From a virus: a DNA stretch of 64,000 nucleotides. Shown one piece after another: positions 32,768 to 41,704 of the stretch. The stretch covers positions 35,933 to 99,932 of the IMG/VR virus record IMGVR_UViG_3300005529_000002; one strand, written 5' to 3'. A program made the position numbers and the translations under genes. The notes below the pieces were generated by a model. It had not been told where the DNA came from. It was given only the letters and a program-made list of their open reading frames with translations, and made no database searches. Within the stretch, counting starts at the first letter, position 1. Every line of letters begins with the position of its first letter.

Positions 32768-34780
32768 ATGGATGTCCTGTCCGGCGACGACGAGTTCACC
32801 GGCCTTTACGACGCGGACCTGCCGAGGGCTGACCTGGTGCAGGCTCCGGCGAACGGCGTGGATGAGTGGATCGTCATGAAGGACGCGGACGGTGAAGCCG
32901 GCCTGCTCGACCCGGAGTTCGTCCGTGACCTGATCGGCAAGCAGGCAGAGCCGGAGCCGTCCGGCAGGGAGCGGGTGCAGATGCCGAACGGGGTCACTCT
33001 CACCGGCTCCCCGGCAGCGATGGCGGCATTCATCCACAAGGCGTCGGTACGGGCCGAAGGCGACGGCAACGACGTGGCCAAGGCCGAGATGAGCGGCAAG
33101 AGCCAGAACGACCTGCCAGATTCCGCATTCGCGTACATCGAGCCGGGCGGCAAGAAGGACGAGGACGGCAAGACCACGCCCCGCTCGCTGCGGCACTTCC
33201 CTATCCATGACGCCGCCCACGTCCGCAACGCGCTATCCCGCGCCCCGCAGTCCCCGTTCGGCGACAAGGCCATGCCGAAGATCCGGGCCGCCGCCAGGAA
33301 ATTCGGCATCGAGGTATCGAAAGAGGAGGCGGCCGTGGCCGAGACGGTGACCAAGGACATGTCAGGCGCGATGGCCCCGGAACTGGACGACGGCATCGAC
33401 GGGCTCGACCCCACCGTCCCGCTCGCCGCCCCCGATGAGGACGCGCCCGGCAATCCCGCCGAACCCGGCAGCCCCGCGTGGGAGGCGATCGACGCGGCGA
33501 CCGCGCAGAAGTGGGTCGCCATCGCCGCGCGCCTGAAGAACGCGCTGTGCATCCTGTCCGAGCGGGAACTCCTCGAGGCCGCCTCCGCCGACCCGGACGA
33601 CGCGGAGCACGCCTGGAATCTCGAGGACGCCATGTGCGCCGTCGACTACGTGATCTCCACCCTGGCCGTGTTCGCTGCGGGCGAGCAGGCCGAGGCGGAC
33701 CTGGGCGGCGAGGCGATGGACGCGATCGGCAAGGCGATGACCGCCGAGGGCCTGCCCGCCTCGCTGGACACCGTGGAGGGCCTGTCCGCGGTCGCCAAGG
33801 CCGGCCGGGTGCTCAGTGCCGCGAACGAGGCGCACATCCGCGACGCGGCGCAGGCCCTGAACACCGTCCTGTCCTCGCTGCCGAAAGCCCCGCTCACCGA
33901 TGACGGCCAGCCGGTCGCCAAGGAGGGAACGCCCGTGGAAGGCACCCAGACCGCACCCGAGTCCGGGCCGGACACCGCGCAGGTGGCCAAGGACACGGCC
34001 CCGGCGGGCACGCAGGCCGCCCCGGGCGACACCGCCGCAGCGCCCGCAGGCGAAACCCGGGCTGTCGCCAAGGCATCGGACGGGCTCCGGGTCGCCGTGT
34101 ACGACCGCGCCGGGGCGCTGTGCCTGGTCCCCCCGGACGCCATCACCACGGCCATCGCCAAGGCGGACGGGGACGAGAAGGCACCGATGCAGGCCGTGTT
34201 CGACCAGGACGGCGACCTGATCGGCGTCGTGGACCCGGCCGCGATCCAGCCTGTCGCTGGCACCGGGAAGAAAGCGGACACCGAACCCGAGGCCGAGCCC
34301 GCGCCGGACGGCGATGACATGACCCCGGCTCCGGCAGCGGAGACCGGCACCCCGGCGGACGCCGTCGCAGATGACGGCACCGTCGCCAAGCAGGACCAGG
34401 ACGCTGACGTGTACGCGGTGCTCAAGAGCGCCATCGCGGAAGCAGTGGCAGGAGCGATCGGCAGCGTTCAGCCGGCAGAGGACGTCGCCAAGCAGGCCGA
34501 CGTCGCCGCGCTGCTCGGAGAGGTCGAGACGCTCAAGGCCAGGCTCGCGACGGTGGAAGAGTCCCCGGCGGCACCGAAGGTGTTCACCAACGGCCAGACC
34601 CCGCCCGCGCACCAGATGCGCGGCCAGGACCACGGCGCGGCGGCTCAGGTCGACGTCGCCAAGGCGCGGGCACGCAAGGCGGAACTGTACTCAGCCGATG
34701 CGCCCGAGCAGGCGCGCATCGCCGAGGAGATGCGGGCAGAAGCAGCCGGCGTCTACGCCGCCATGCGCGCAGGCCGCTGA
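32768..34780 (+). CDS. Scaffolding protein with a DUF6582-like domain
   Basis: Acidic, Ala-rich, before the capsid; DLPDSAFA...RHFPIHDAAHVRNALSR; N-terminal DLVQAPANG. Confidence 0.75.
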   Translation: MDVLSGDDEFTGLYDADLPRADLVQAPANGVDEWIVMKDADGEAGLLDPEFVRDLIGKQAEPEPSGRERVQMPNGVTLTGSPAAMAAFIHKASVRAEGDGNDVAKAEMSGKSQNDLPDSAFAYIEPGGKKDEDGKTTPRSLRHFPIHDAAHVRNALSRAPQSPFGDKAMPKIRAAARKFGIEVSKEEAAVAETVTKDMSGAMAPELDDGIDGLDPTVPLAAPDEDAPGNPAEPGSPAWEAIDAATAQKWVAIAARLKNALCILSERELLEAASADPDDAEHAWNLEDAMCAVDYVISTLAVFAAGEQAEADLGGEAMDAIGKAMTAEGLPASLDTVEGLSAVAKAGRVLSAANEAHIRDAAQALNTVLSSLPKAPLTDDGQPVAKEGTPVEGTQTAPESGPDTAQVAKDTAPAGTQAAPGDTAAAPAGETRAVAKASDGLRVAVYDRAGALCLVPPDAITTAIAKADGDEKAPMQAVFDQDGDLIGVVDPAAIQPVAGTGKKADTEPEAEPAPDGDDMTPAPAAETGTPADAVADDGTVAKQDQDADVYAVLKSAIAEAVAGAIGSVQPAEDVAKQADVAALLGEVETLKARLATVEESPAAPKVFTNGQTPPAHQMRGQDHGAAAQVDVAKARARKAELYSADAPEQARIAEEMRAEAAGVYAAMRAGR

Positions 34781-34865
34781 CAAGCCCCTCACCACCAGAC
34801 ATACCGGCCCCTCGTGAGCACCGCTCCGGGGGGCTCAGCCATGCCCCCCGGAAGGAGGCATCGCG

Positions 34866-36377
34866 ATGACCGCAGCAGCAGAAGACATCACAGAGGAAAC
34901 CCTCGCCGCGATCAAGAAGGCCCAGACCACGGGCATCACCGAGGCGACCGGCGGATACTCCTACGACCTGTCGGGCCTCATCAACCTGATCCCGGTCGTC
35001 ACCCCGTTCCGCGACCACGTCCCCCGCACGTCAAGCCCGGACGGCAACCCGTTCGCGGTCTGGCGGGCGTTCATGGACGCCACCAACAGCCAGCCCGACC
35101 CCAGCATGGGCTTCGACTTCGCGGCCCCGGAGATGGTGTTCAACGAGCAGGACTTCCAGGCCCGGTACAAGCCGACCGGCATGGCAGTCAACGTCACCCA
35201 GGACTCGTTTGACCTGGCCAAGGGGTACTACGACCCGTACGCCAACGCCACGTTCCAGACCCTGAACCAGGTGCTGATCGGCGACGACCGCAAGCAGCTG
35301 TGCGCCCAGTCGTTCGCGTTGAAGGCGGCGACCGCGCCGACCCTCACCCAGCACGCCTCAGGCGGCACCATCGGCGCCGTCCAGGTGTACGTCGGCGTCG
35401 CCGGCCGCACCGGCTCCGGGTACTTCTGGGGTTCCGGGAACAGCCAGGGCGCGAGCAGCAACACCACGTTCGGGTCAGGGTCAGCCAACTCGGTGTCGGC
35501 TACCACCGCGGCGCTGCGCGGCGCCGTCGCCTACGACTGGTTCCAGAGCAGCAACGGCACCACCTGGTACTACTACGGGACCACCACGGTCAACGCGATC
35601 ACGATGACCTCCGTCATCACGTCGAACAACGCCGTCTCGTCAGGAGTCACGGTCCCGGACCTGACCGCCAACTGGAACGGCATCGCACCCGGCAAGCCCG
35701 GCTACACCGGCCCGACCTACAACGGGTCGGCCGACAACGGGTCCGCGAACGCCAACGACTATGACGGGTTCCTCGCCTCCCTTTCCGGCGACTACGACGG
35801 CAATGGCAAGTGGACCCAGCCCGGCCTCGGCACCGTGAACCCGTCCGTGTGGAACAGCCTCAACGGCGCGGCGCTGACCCTGACCGGCGGCACCGTCACC
35901 GAGATCGAGCAGTACCTGTTCCTGCCGCTGTGGCAGCAGGTCAAGTGCAGTCCCACCGCGATCATGTGCAACGGCATCCAGGCCCAGGAGATCGCCAACC
36001 TGATCCTCGGCGCCAACAGCGCGACCACGTTCCTCAACACCGATTCCAGCGGCCGCATCAACGTGTCCGCAGGCGGCCGGGTCGGGCACGTCATCAACGC
36101 CTACACGGGCGGCACCGAGGTCCCGATCGAGGTCCACGTCTCGCTGCCCCCGGGCACGATCATCGCCCGCACCGACCGGGTTCCCTTCCCCCAGGCGAAC
36201 ATCTCCAGCGTGCTGGAGCAGCGGTGCCTGCGCGACACCGCCCAGTACGAGTACGGCGTCTCCCGCGTACCCGGGGTGCAGGGCGGAGGCCCGCGGAAGG
36301 AAAGCGAAATCCGCACAGTCAGCGCGTTCATCAACCGCGCGCCGGTCGCGATGGCCGCCCTGTCGAACGTCGCCTGA
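34866..36377 (+). CDS. Major capsid protein
   Basis: AAGGAGG RBS; position; YDL....LIPV.TPFRD..PR, IEVH..LPPGTI motifs; strong codon bias. Confidence 0.88.
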   Translation: MTAAAEDITEETLAAIKKAQTTGITEATGGYSYDLSGLINLIPVVTPFRDHVPRTSSPDGNPFAVWRAFMDATNSQPDPSMGFDFAAPEMVFNEQDFQARYKPTGMAVNVTQDSFDLAKGYYDPYANATFQTLNQVLIGDDRKQLCAQSFALKAATAPTLTQHASGGTIGAVQVYVGVAGRTGSGYFWGSGNSQGASSNTTFGSGSANSVSATTAALRGAVAYDWFQSSNGTTWYYYGTTTVNAITMTSVITSNNAVSSGVTVPDLTANWNGIAPGKPGYTGPTYNGSADNGSANANDYDGFLASLSGDYDGNGKWTQPGLGTVNPSVWNSLNGAALTLTGGTVTEIEQYLFLPLWQQVKCSPTAIMCNGIQAQEIANLILGANSATTFLNTDSSGRINVSAGGRVGHVINAYTGGTEVPIEVHVSLPPGTIIARTDRVPFPQANISSVLEQRCLRDTAQYEYGVSRVPGVQGGGPRKESEIRTVSAFINRAPVAMAALSNVA

Positions 36378-36395
36378 GCCGCCGCGAGATCCACG

Positions 36396-36432
36396 CTGCC
36401 GCAAGGCCGGCCCCGTCCCGGCCTTGCGGCAG
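36396..36432. terminator. 15-bp hairpin after the capsid gene
   Basis: CTGCCGCAAGGCCGG-7 nt-CCGGCCTTGCGGCAG. Confidence 0.65.
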
Positions 36433-36460
36433 GCATCCGCAGACCAGCAAAGGAAACATC

Positions 36461-36901
36461 GTGCGCCTGTACTCGCTCACAAACGCGACCGCGATCGATG
36501 ACCCGGAACACGGCCGTTTCGTGCCGGACCCGGACCATGGCGGCTTCGACCTCCCCGACGAGCTGGCCGAGCGCCTCCACTCTTTCCACCAGCGGAAGCG
36601 GCCTGCCTGGGAGACGGAACTGGAGCGCGATGAGCGCCTCCACGGCGAGGAGTCGGCCCGCCGGCGCGACCCGGAGACGCTGTACAACGCGGTTGCCGGG
36701 ATAGCCGACATGGCCCGGCACCTGGCGGCCCTCCGCGATGTGCCGGATGCCGCGAAGGATGATGTCGCCAAGCTCACTGCGGAGGTAGAGGCGCTGAAGG
36801 CCCAGCTCGCCGCCGCGCAAGGCGCCGCTCTCCCTGGCGATGACGCCGGGGAGAAGCCCTCCCGGACCCGTAAGCCTCCTGCCGCTAAGCCCGCAGCGTA
36901 A
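36461..36901 (+). CDS. Hypothetical head-associated protein
   Basis: AAAGGAAA RBS before GTG. Confidence 0.75.
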   Translation: MRLYSLTNATAIDDPEHGRFVPDPDHGGFDLPDELAERLHSFHQRKRPAWETELERDERLHGEESARRRDPETLYNAVAGIADMARHLAALRDVPDAAKDDVAKLTAEVEALKAQLAAAQGAALPGDDAGEKPSRTRKPPAAKPAA

Positions 36902-36950
36902 CCGCCGCCCAGTCCCCCCGCCCCCGCAGTCTCCCTGGAGGTAACCCCTC

Positions 36951-37313
36951 GTGTCCACAGCTCTCGCCGCCACCGCTGGCAGCCCGGTAGGCGTCCCCAC
37001 CGACCCGGTCTCGTTCCCGGGCGGCACGAACCTTGCCGCCTCGGTCCCGTCCCTCACCCCGACATTCACCTCCGGTACCGCCGCGCAGCTCAGCGACCTC
37101 ACCCGCGACTACGAGTGCTATATCCAGATCGGTACCGGCGGCGGCACCGTCACCGTGGCGATGGGCCCGACCGCCACCCCGACGATCACGCTCGCGAACG
37201 CGGCGGCCGGCGTCAACGGCGAGGTGATCCGGGTGCGCCTGCCCGCGGGCTGGTTCCTGAAGATCACCGTGGCGACCTCGACCATCGCGGGCGTGACCTG
37301 CGTCGGCTGCTAG
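36951..37313 (+). CDS. Virion structural/decoration protein
   Basis: GGAGG RBS; Thr/Gly-rich beta protein. Confidence 0.7.
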   Translation: MSTALAATAGSPVGVPTDPVSFPGGTNLAASVPSLTPTFTSGTAAQLSDLTRDYECYIQIGTGGGTVTVAMGPTATPTITLANAAAGVNGEVIRVRLPAGWFLKITVATSTIAGVTCVGC

Positions 37314-37375
37314 GAGAGGCGCCCGGTCGCGCGTCCGCCAAGGGCATCACCTGCACGGAATCGAGGTGATGCCCT

Positions 37376-38359
37376 ATGACGACGCCCCTGCCCGTAGGTC
37401 CCCTCACGCCCTACATCAGCCCGGAACTGCTGATCCAGGCACCGACGGGCGTGGACTTCTTCAGCATCCCGCCCGCCAGTCCCGCGATGGGCGTCCTGCC
37501 GTCAGCGAACATGGCGGAGATCAGCAACATCTGCGCGCGGGCCACCGACCTGGTCGACCTGTGCGTGCGGCAGCCGCTGCGCGCCACCACCGACACCCTC
37601 CAGCTGTACGGGCCCGGCGCGCCCCGCGTCTACGTGCCGCGCGGCGGCCGGATCGCGCAGCCGGCGAAACTCGTCATGACCCGCTGGCCGGTGCTGGAGG
37701 TCGTCTCCGTCCAGTACTCGCCGAACAGCCTGCCCTACACCTGGTCGGCGGTCCCGGCCGGGCTCGCGGTCCCCGCCAGCCCCGTAACCGGAATGTACGG
37801 GTCGTCGGCGCCCGCATCGGCTGGCGAAGGCGGGCAGGGGATCAACGTGGCCGCCGGGTACATCGACTGGCGGTACGGGCAGGAAGGATTCGCCATCCTC
37901 AGCCGGTACGTCAACGGCTGGCCGCACGCCGGGCTCACCTCCGCCGCTACTGCGGGCGCCCAGTCCGTAGACGTGGACGACTGCACCGGCTGGGTGATCA
38001 CCGCACCGTACCCGGGCGCGGCGACCGGGGCGACCGGGATCGTGTACGACGCCGCCGCGCAGGAAGTCGTGCAGGTCACGGCAGCGTCCGCGCAGTCCGG
38101 GCCCGGCACCCTCACCTTGTCGGCGCCGCTGAGATACCAGCATGACGCCGGGGTGATCGTCTCCTCCCTGCCGCAGGCCGCCGGGTGGGCAGCCATCCTG
38201 TTCGCCTGCGAGATCGCGCTCGAACGCGGCGCGACGGCGATGACCATGATGGAGATCCCCGGCCGCGAAGTCGCCGCCAGAGCGGGTGTGGACACCAGCT
38301 ACGGGTCGCCCGCCTGCTGGGCCGAGAAAATCCTCGAGCCATTCACCAGGATCATCTAG
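37376..38359 (+). CDS. Head-tail adaptor
   Basis: Position; ICARAT..VD.....PL; Y.NGWPH; C-terminal ILEPFTR. Confidence 0.7.
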   Translation: MTTPLPVGPLTPYISPELLIQAPTGVDFFSIPPASPAMGVLPSANMAEISNICARATDLVDLCVRQPLRATTDTLQLYGPGAPRVYVPRGGRIAQPAKLVMTRWPVLEVVSVQYSPNSLPYTWSAVPAGLAVPASPVTGMYGSSAPASAGEGGQGINVAAGYIDWRYGQEGFAILSRYVNGWPHAGLTSAATAGAQSVDVDDCTGWVITAPYPGAATGATGIVYDAAAQEVVQVTAASAQSGPGTLTLSAPLRYQHDAGVIVSSLPQAAGWAAILFACEIALERGATAMTMMEIPGREVAARAGVDTSYGSPACWAEKILEPFTRII

Positions 38360-38372
38360 GCAGGAGTGACCT

Positions 38373-38894
38373 GTGGGCCTGCCGTCGGTCATCGCTTACG
38401 TCCGGGACCAACTCAACGGGATAGCCCTCCCGTTCCCCTCAGTGGAGCTCGCAGCGTACATCACTCCGCCGGACCCGAATGTTGAGACCGTCGTCATGCC
38501 GACGCTGTACGTGCTGACCGCGGACGGCCCGGAGAAGCGCCTCACGATGCCCCGCAACACAGGCCCAGGAACCTCGGCGGGGAACAAGACGATCGACCAC
38601 GACCTGAAACTGCACGTCATATGGATGATCGCGAACACCGCGCCGGGCCAGCCGGGCGCACCTGACGGCGACCTGCTGTTCGGCGGCGTCATCGAGACGG
38701 TCATGGCGGCACTGCGGACCGGGCAGGCGCCGGCCCCTGTCACCGACCCGTTCACGGGAACAGTGACAACGCTCGTGGATACAGGCGAGAAGATGACCTA
38801 CCACTACCTGCCGCGGCATTCCATCAAGAACCAGCGGATGCTCCGCTACGACGGGCTCATCGACTTGCCGGTGCAAGAACTGCTTGAGGCCTAG
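38373..38894 (+). CDS. Tail terminator/completion protein (putative)
   Basis: Position before the tail tube; AGGAG RBS. Confidence 0.6.
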   Translation: MGLPSVIAYVRDQLNGIALPFPSVELAAYITPPDPNVETVVMPTLYVLTADGPEKRLTMPRNTGPGTSAGNKTIDHDLKLHVIWMIANTAPGQPGAPDGDLLFGGVIETVMAALRTGQAPAPVTDPFTGTVTTLVDTGEKMTYHYLPRHSIKNQRMLRYDGLIDLPVQELLEA

Positions 38895-38988
38895 TCCTCC
38901 CTGGAACGCCGGCCAGCTACCCGGCCCCCGGCTTCTCCGCCGCTGCTCACTGCCCCATACCCCCCGCTTCCTGCCGCCTGGAGGTCGC

Positions 38989-39273
38989 ATGCCCCCGTAC
39001 CGGTTCACCGGCCTCACCCCGATGACTTACCCGGAGTCCCGGGACGAGCACGGCATCCCCGTCGGCACTGCCGAGCCGGGTGATGTCCGGGACACGGACG
39101 GTCCTCTCGACTGGCTGTGGGTGCCCGCAGAGGAAAACCGGGACGGGCCCGCGGCGGCAAGCAGGCCCGTGAAGCGGCGCAGCACGGCGGCGGATACCGC
39201 GCCGGGAGACCAGGAAACCGGCGCGCAGGCCGGATCCAGCGACGCCGGGCAGCCCGGCAGCAAGGAGAGCTGA
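38989..39273 (+). CDS. Small hypothetical protein
   Basis: GGAGG RBS; MPPYRFTG. Confidence 0.65.
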   Translation: MPPYRFTGLTPMTYPESRDEHGIPVGTAEPGDVRDTDGPLDWLWVPAEENRDGPAAASRPVKRRSTAADTAPGDQETGAQAGSSDAGQPGSKES

Positions 39274-39276
39274 GCC

Positions 39277-40539
39277 ATGCCGCCCAGCATCCCGACCAGT
39301 TTCTTCCCGGTCTTCTCATCCGCGATGCTGCTCGGCCGGGAAGGCATCACCACCCCCGGCCAGGCGCCGACCGCGTTCACGTCGATCCCGGTCAAGGCAC
39401 TGACGACGAGCCCCAAGATCACCTGGCTGAAAGACCAGAACCTCCGCGGCTCGAATGTGGAGACATTCGGGCAGGCGCAGGGCGGGCGGTACGCGGAGAT
39501 CACCACCCCGCAGTCGCTGGCCTACGCGGACACTATCGGCCACCCGCTGTTCGCGATGTGCGGCGACTACACGGTCACAGGGGCCGCTGCATCGCCGAAC
39601 TCGACGCTGAACGGCGGGGTCGCCGCTGGCGCCACGTCGCTCACCGTCGCGTCCGGGACCGGGTTCGCCGCGAGCCAGTGGATCCAGATCGACACCCTCG
39701 CGAACGCCGAGATCGTCCAGGTACTGTCCGTCGCCTCCAACGTGATCACGCTGGCGACGAACACCCCCACCCGGTTCTCCCACCTGACCGCCGCCCCGGT
39801 CACGAACACCCAGGCCCCGTACGTCCACCTGTTCAGCGGCATCAACCCGGGTTCCTCAACGGGTAACGCGTCCGCCCAGCCGCCCACGTACACGGTGCTC
39901 CACCGCACCGGCCTGCCCGGGGCCGGCAGCCCCGGATTCTCCGCAGACCAGTACCTGTACGGCCACATGACGGACCTGAAGCTGTCCGCCAAGGCCACCG
40001 ACTGGCTGCTGTGGGATTCGAAGATCACCGCGCTGTCCCGCTCGAACCCCGCCGCGAACTACGCCCCTGCTTTCAGCACCGTGACGGGCTGGCCGGCGTG
40101 GCGGGGGTCGATCACCCTCAACGCCGGTGCCGTCTACAACGTGAGCGACATGACGATCGCGATGTCGCGCAAGCCCGACATCATCTGGACTTCCGACGGG
40201 CAGCAGGACCCGTACGCCATCGGCGCCGGCCCGTTCTCGGCCATGTTCACCATCGACTACGACGCCGTCAGCGACGAATCCGCTCTGAACTACGCCCTGA
40301 ACAACACCCAGCCCGCGCTCGTCTACACGATCTCCAACGGCCTGTCGGGCGCCAGCCAGCTGTCGCTGTCCATCGCGGCCGCGCTGGCCGCGCACGAGAC
40401 CGCCGACCTGGCCGCCCAGCGCACCCTGTGGGGTTACAAGACCACAGGCGAGCTGGTGTCCAGCACGAGCGATGCCGGGAACTCGGGCGGGTACAGCCCG
40501 TTCCAGGCCACCCTCACCAACGCCGTGCCGTCCTACTAG
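39277..40539 (+). CDS. Major tail tube protein
   Basis: LG.E...PG; D..LRGS; Y.DTIG..L; C-terminal TLTNAVPSY; followed by the chaperone. Confidence 0.85.
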   Translation: MPPSIPTSFFPVFSSAMLLGREGITTPGQAPTAFTSIPVKALTTSPKITWLKDQNLRGSNVETFGQAQGGRYAEITTPQSLAYADTIGHPLFAMCGDYTVTGAAASPNSTLNGGVAAGATSLTVASGTGFAASQWIQIDTLANAEIVQVLSVASNVITLATNTPTRFSHLTAAPVTNTQAPYVHLFSGINPGSSTGNASAQPPTYTVLHRTGLPGAGSPGFSADQYLYGHMTDLKLSAKATDWLLWDSKITALSRSNPAANYAPAFSTVTGWPAWRGSITLNAGAVYNVSDMTIAMSRKPDIIWTSDGQQDPYAIGAGPFSAMFTIDYDAVSDESALNYALNNTQPALVYTISNGLSGASQLSLSIAAALAAHETADLAAQRTLWGYKTTGELVSSTSDAGNSGGYSPFQATLTNAVPSY

Positions 40540-40588
40540 GACGCCGCGGCCATCCCCCAGCTATCAGCGGACACTCATGCGAGGTTCA

Positions 40589-41083
40589 ATGCACGATGTA
40601 GTTGTGCCAGGCGACGGCGGCTGGTTCGACCTGATCCCCGTACGGGAACTCACGGTGGGCCAGCAGGACGAGTACCTGGACCTGCGGGACCAGCTGTTCG
40701 AGGAGGCGCGCGCCAAGCTGCCGCCGCCCGGCCCCGACCCGGCGAACCCGGCGATGATGGCACCCGCGCCGGAGGTCCGGTTCTCCCGCCAGCAGCTGAC
40801 CCGCCTCCACAACCTGGCGGCCTCCTACGCGGTGACGGGCACGTCGTACGACGGGGTGCTGCCCTGGCATGACGGATCACGGGCGGCGGCGGGCCTTCCC
40901 GCGTGGAACGCGCTGCGGCAGGCTCTCGCCAGGGACGGCGGCGTGTTCGACACGCTACTCGGTGAGGTCCCAAAAGAGGAGAGCCCGACTACTTCCGGCA
41001 TCTCCGGGACTTCATCGTCAGGCGATGCGGATGCCCCCCTCCCGGGCTCCGCGGAGGAGACATCCGCCACGCCCACGGAGTAG
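40589..41083 (+). CDS. Tail assembly chaperone (gpG)
   Basis: Between tube and TMP; slippery C CCA AAA at 40969-40975. Confidence 0.8.
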   Translation: MHDVVVPGDGGWFDLIPVRELTVGQQDEYLDLRDQLFEEARAKLPPPGPDPANPAMMAPAPEVRFSRQQLTRLHNLAASYAVTGTSYDGVLPWHDGSRAAAGLPAWNALRQALARDGGVFDTLLGEVPKEESPTTSGISGTSSSGDADAPLPGSAEETSATPTE

Positions 41084-41199
41084 TCCGCGGCTGGTATCAC
41101 CCGGAGGGGCCGGAGAACCTCCCGGCTGCCGTGCGGGCCCTGCTCGATGACGTGTCGGCAGTGCTGGACCAGATGAGGACTGACACGGGCGGATGGTGA
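40975..41199 (+). CDS. Tail assembly chaperone -1 frameshift extension (gpGT)
   Basis: -1 frame open for 74 codons: RGEPDYFRHLRDF...ENLPAAVRALLDDV...W*. Confidence 0.75.
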   Translation, partial: RGEPDYFRHLRDFIVRRCGCPPPGLRGGDIRHAHGVVRGWYHPEGPENLPAAVRALLDDVSAVLDQMRTDTGGW

Positions 41200-41253
41200 G
41201 CCGGCGGGCATGCCTCACGGCGATCCGCAACGGCCAGTGAGCAGGTGACCTGA

Positions 41254-41667
41254 GTGAATCTCGGTGAGGCCGCCGCCGCGTTCCGGGCCATCGCGGAACG
41301 GGCTGAATCGGGCCTGGCGCGGGAGGCATGCGAGGAAGCCGCACGCGACTACCTGGCGGTCCTGCGGATGGTCACGCCGAAGCGCTCCGGGCGGCTGGCG
41401 GAGTCGGAGCGGATCGACTCGGTTACGGGCGGCGGGACGTTCGCCGTCGCCGTCGTGGCCCCGCACACCAGGTACGCGGCGTTCCGGAACTACGGCGGGA
41501 CGATTACCAGGCACAAGCCGGGGTCGCTCGGGACGCCGGCAGTGGGGTTCTTCGGCCATTCAGTGACGCAGGCCGGCTCGCACTACATGGAACGCGCCGA
41601 AGGGGCAGCGGCGGGACCGGTCTCGGCGGCGTGCCGCGCGGTCGCCGGCCGCTACTTCACGCTCTGA
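41254..41667 (+). CDS. HK97 gp10-like neck/tail protein
   Basis: TPKRSGRLAES...YAAFRNYGGTI...HYM. Confidence 0.8.
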   Translation: MNLGEAAAAFRAIAERAESGLAREACEEAARDYLAVLRMVTPKRSGRLAESERIDSVTGGGTFAVAVVAPHTRYAAFRNYGGTITRHKPGSLGTPAVGFFGHSVTQAGSHYMERAEGAAAGPVSAACRAVAGRYFTL

Positions 41668-41704
41668 CCGGGCTCGTTCTCTCTGCCGCCCCGGGGGGTG
41701 ACCT

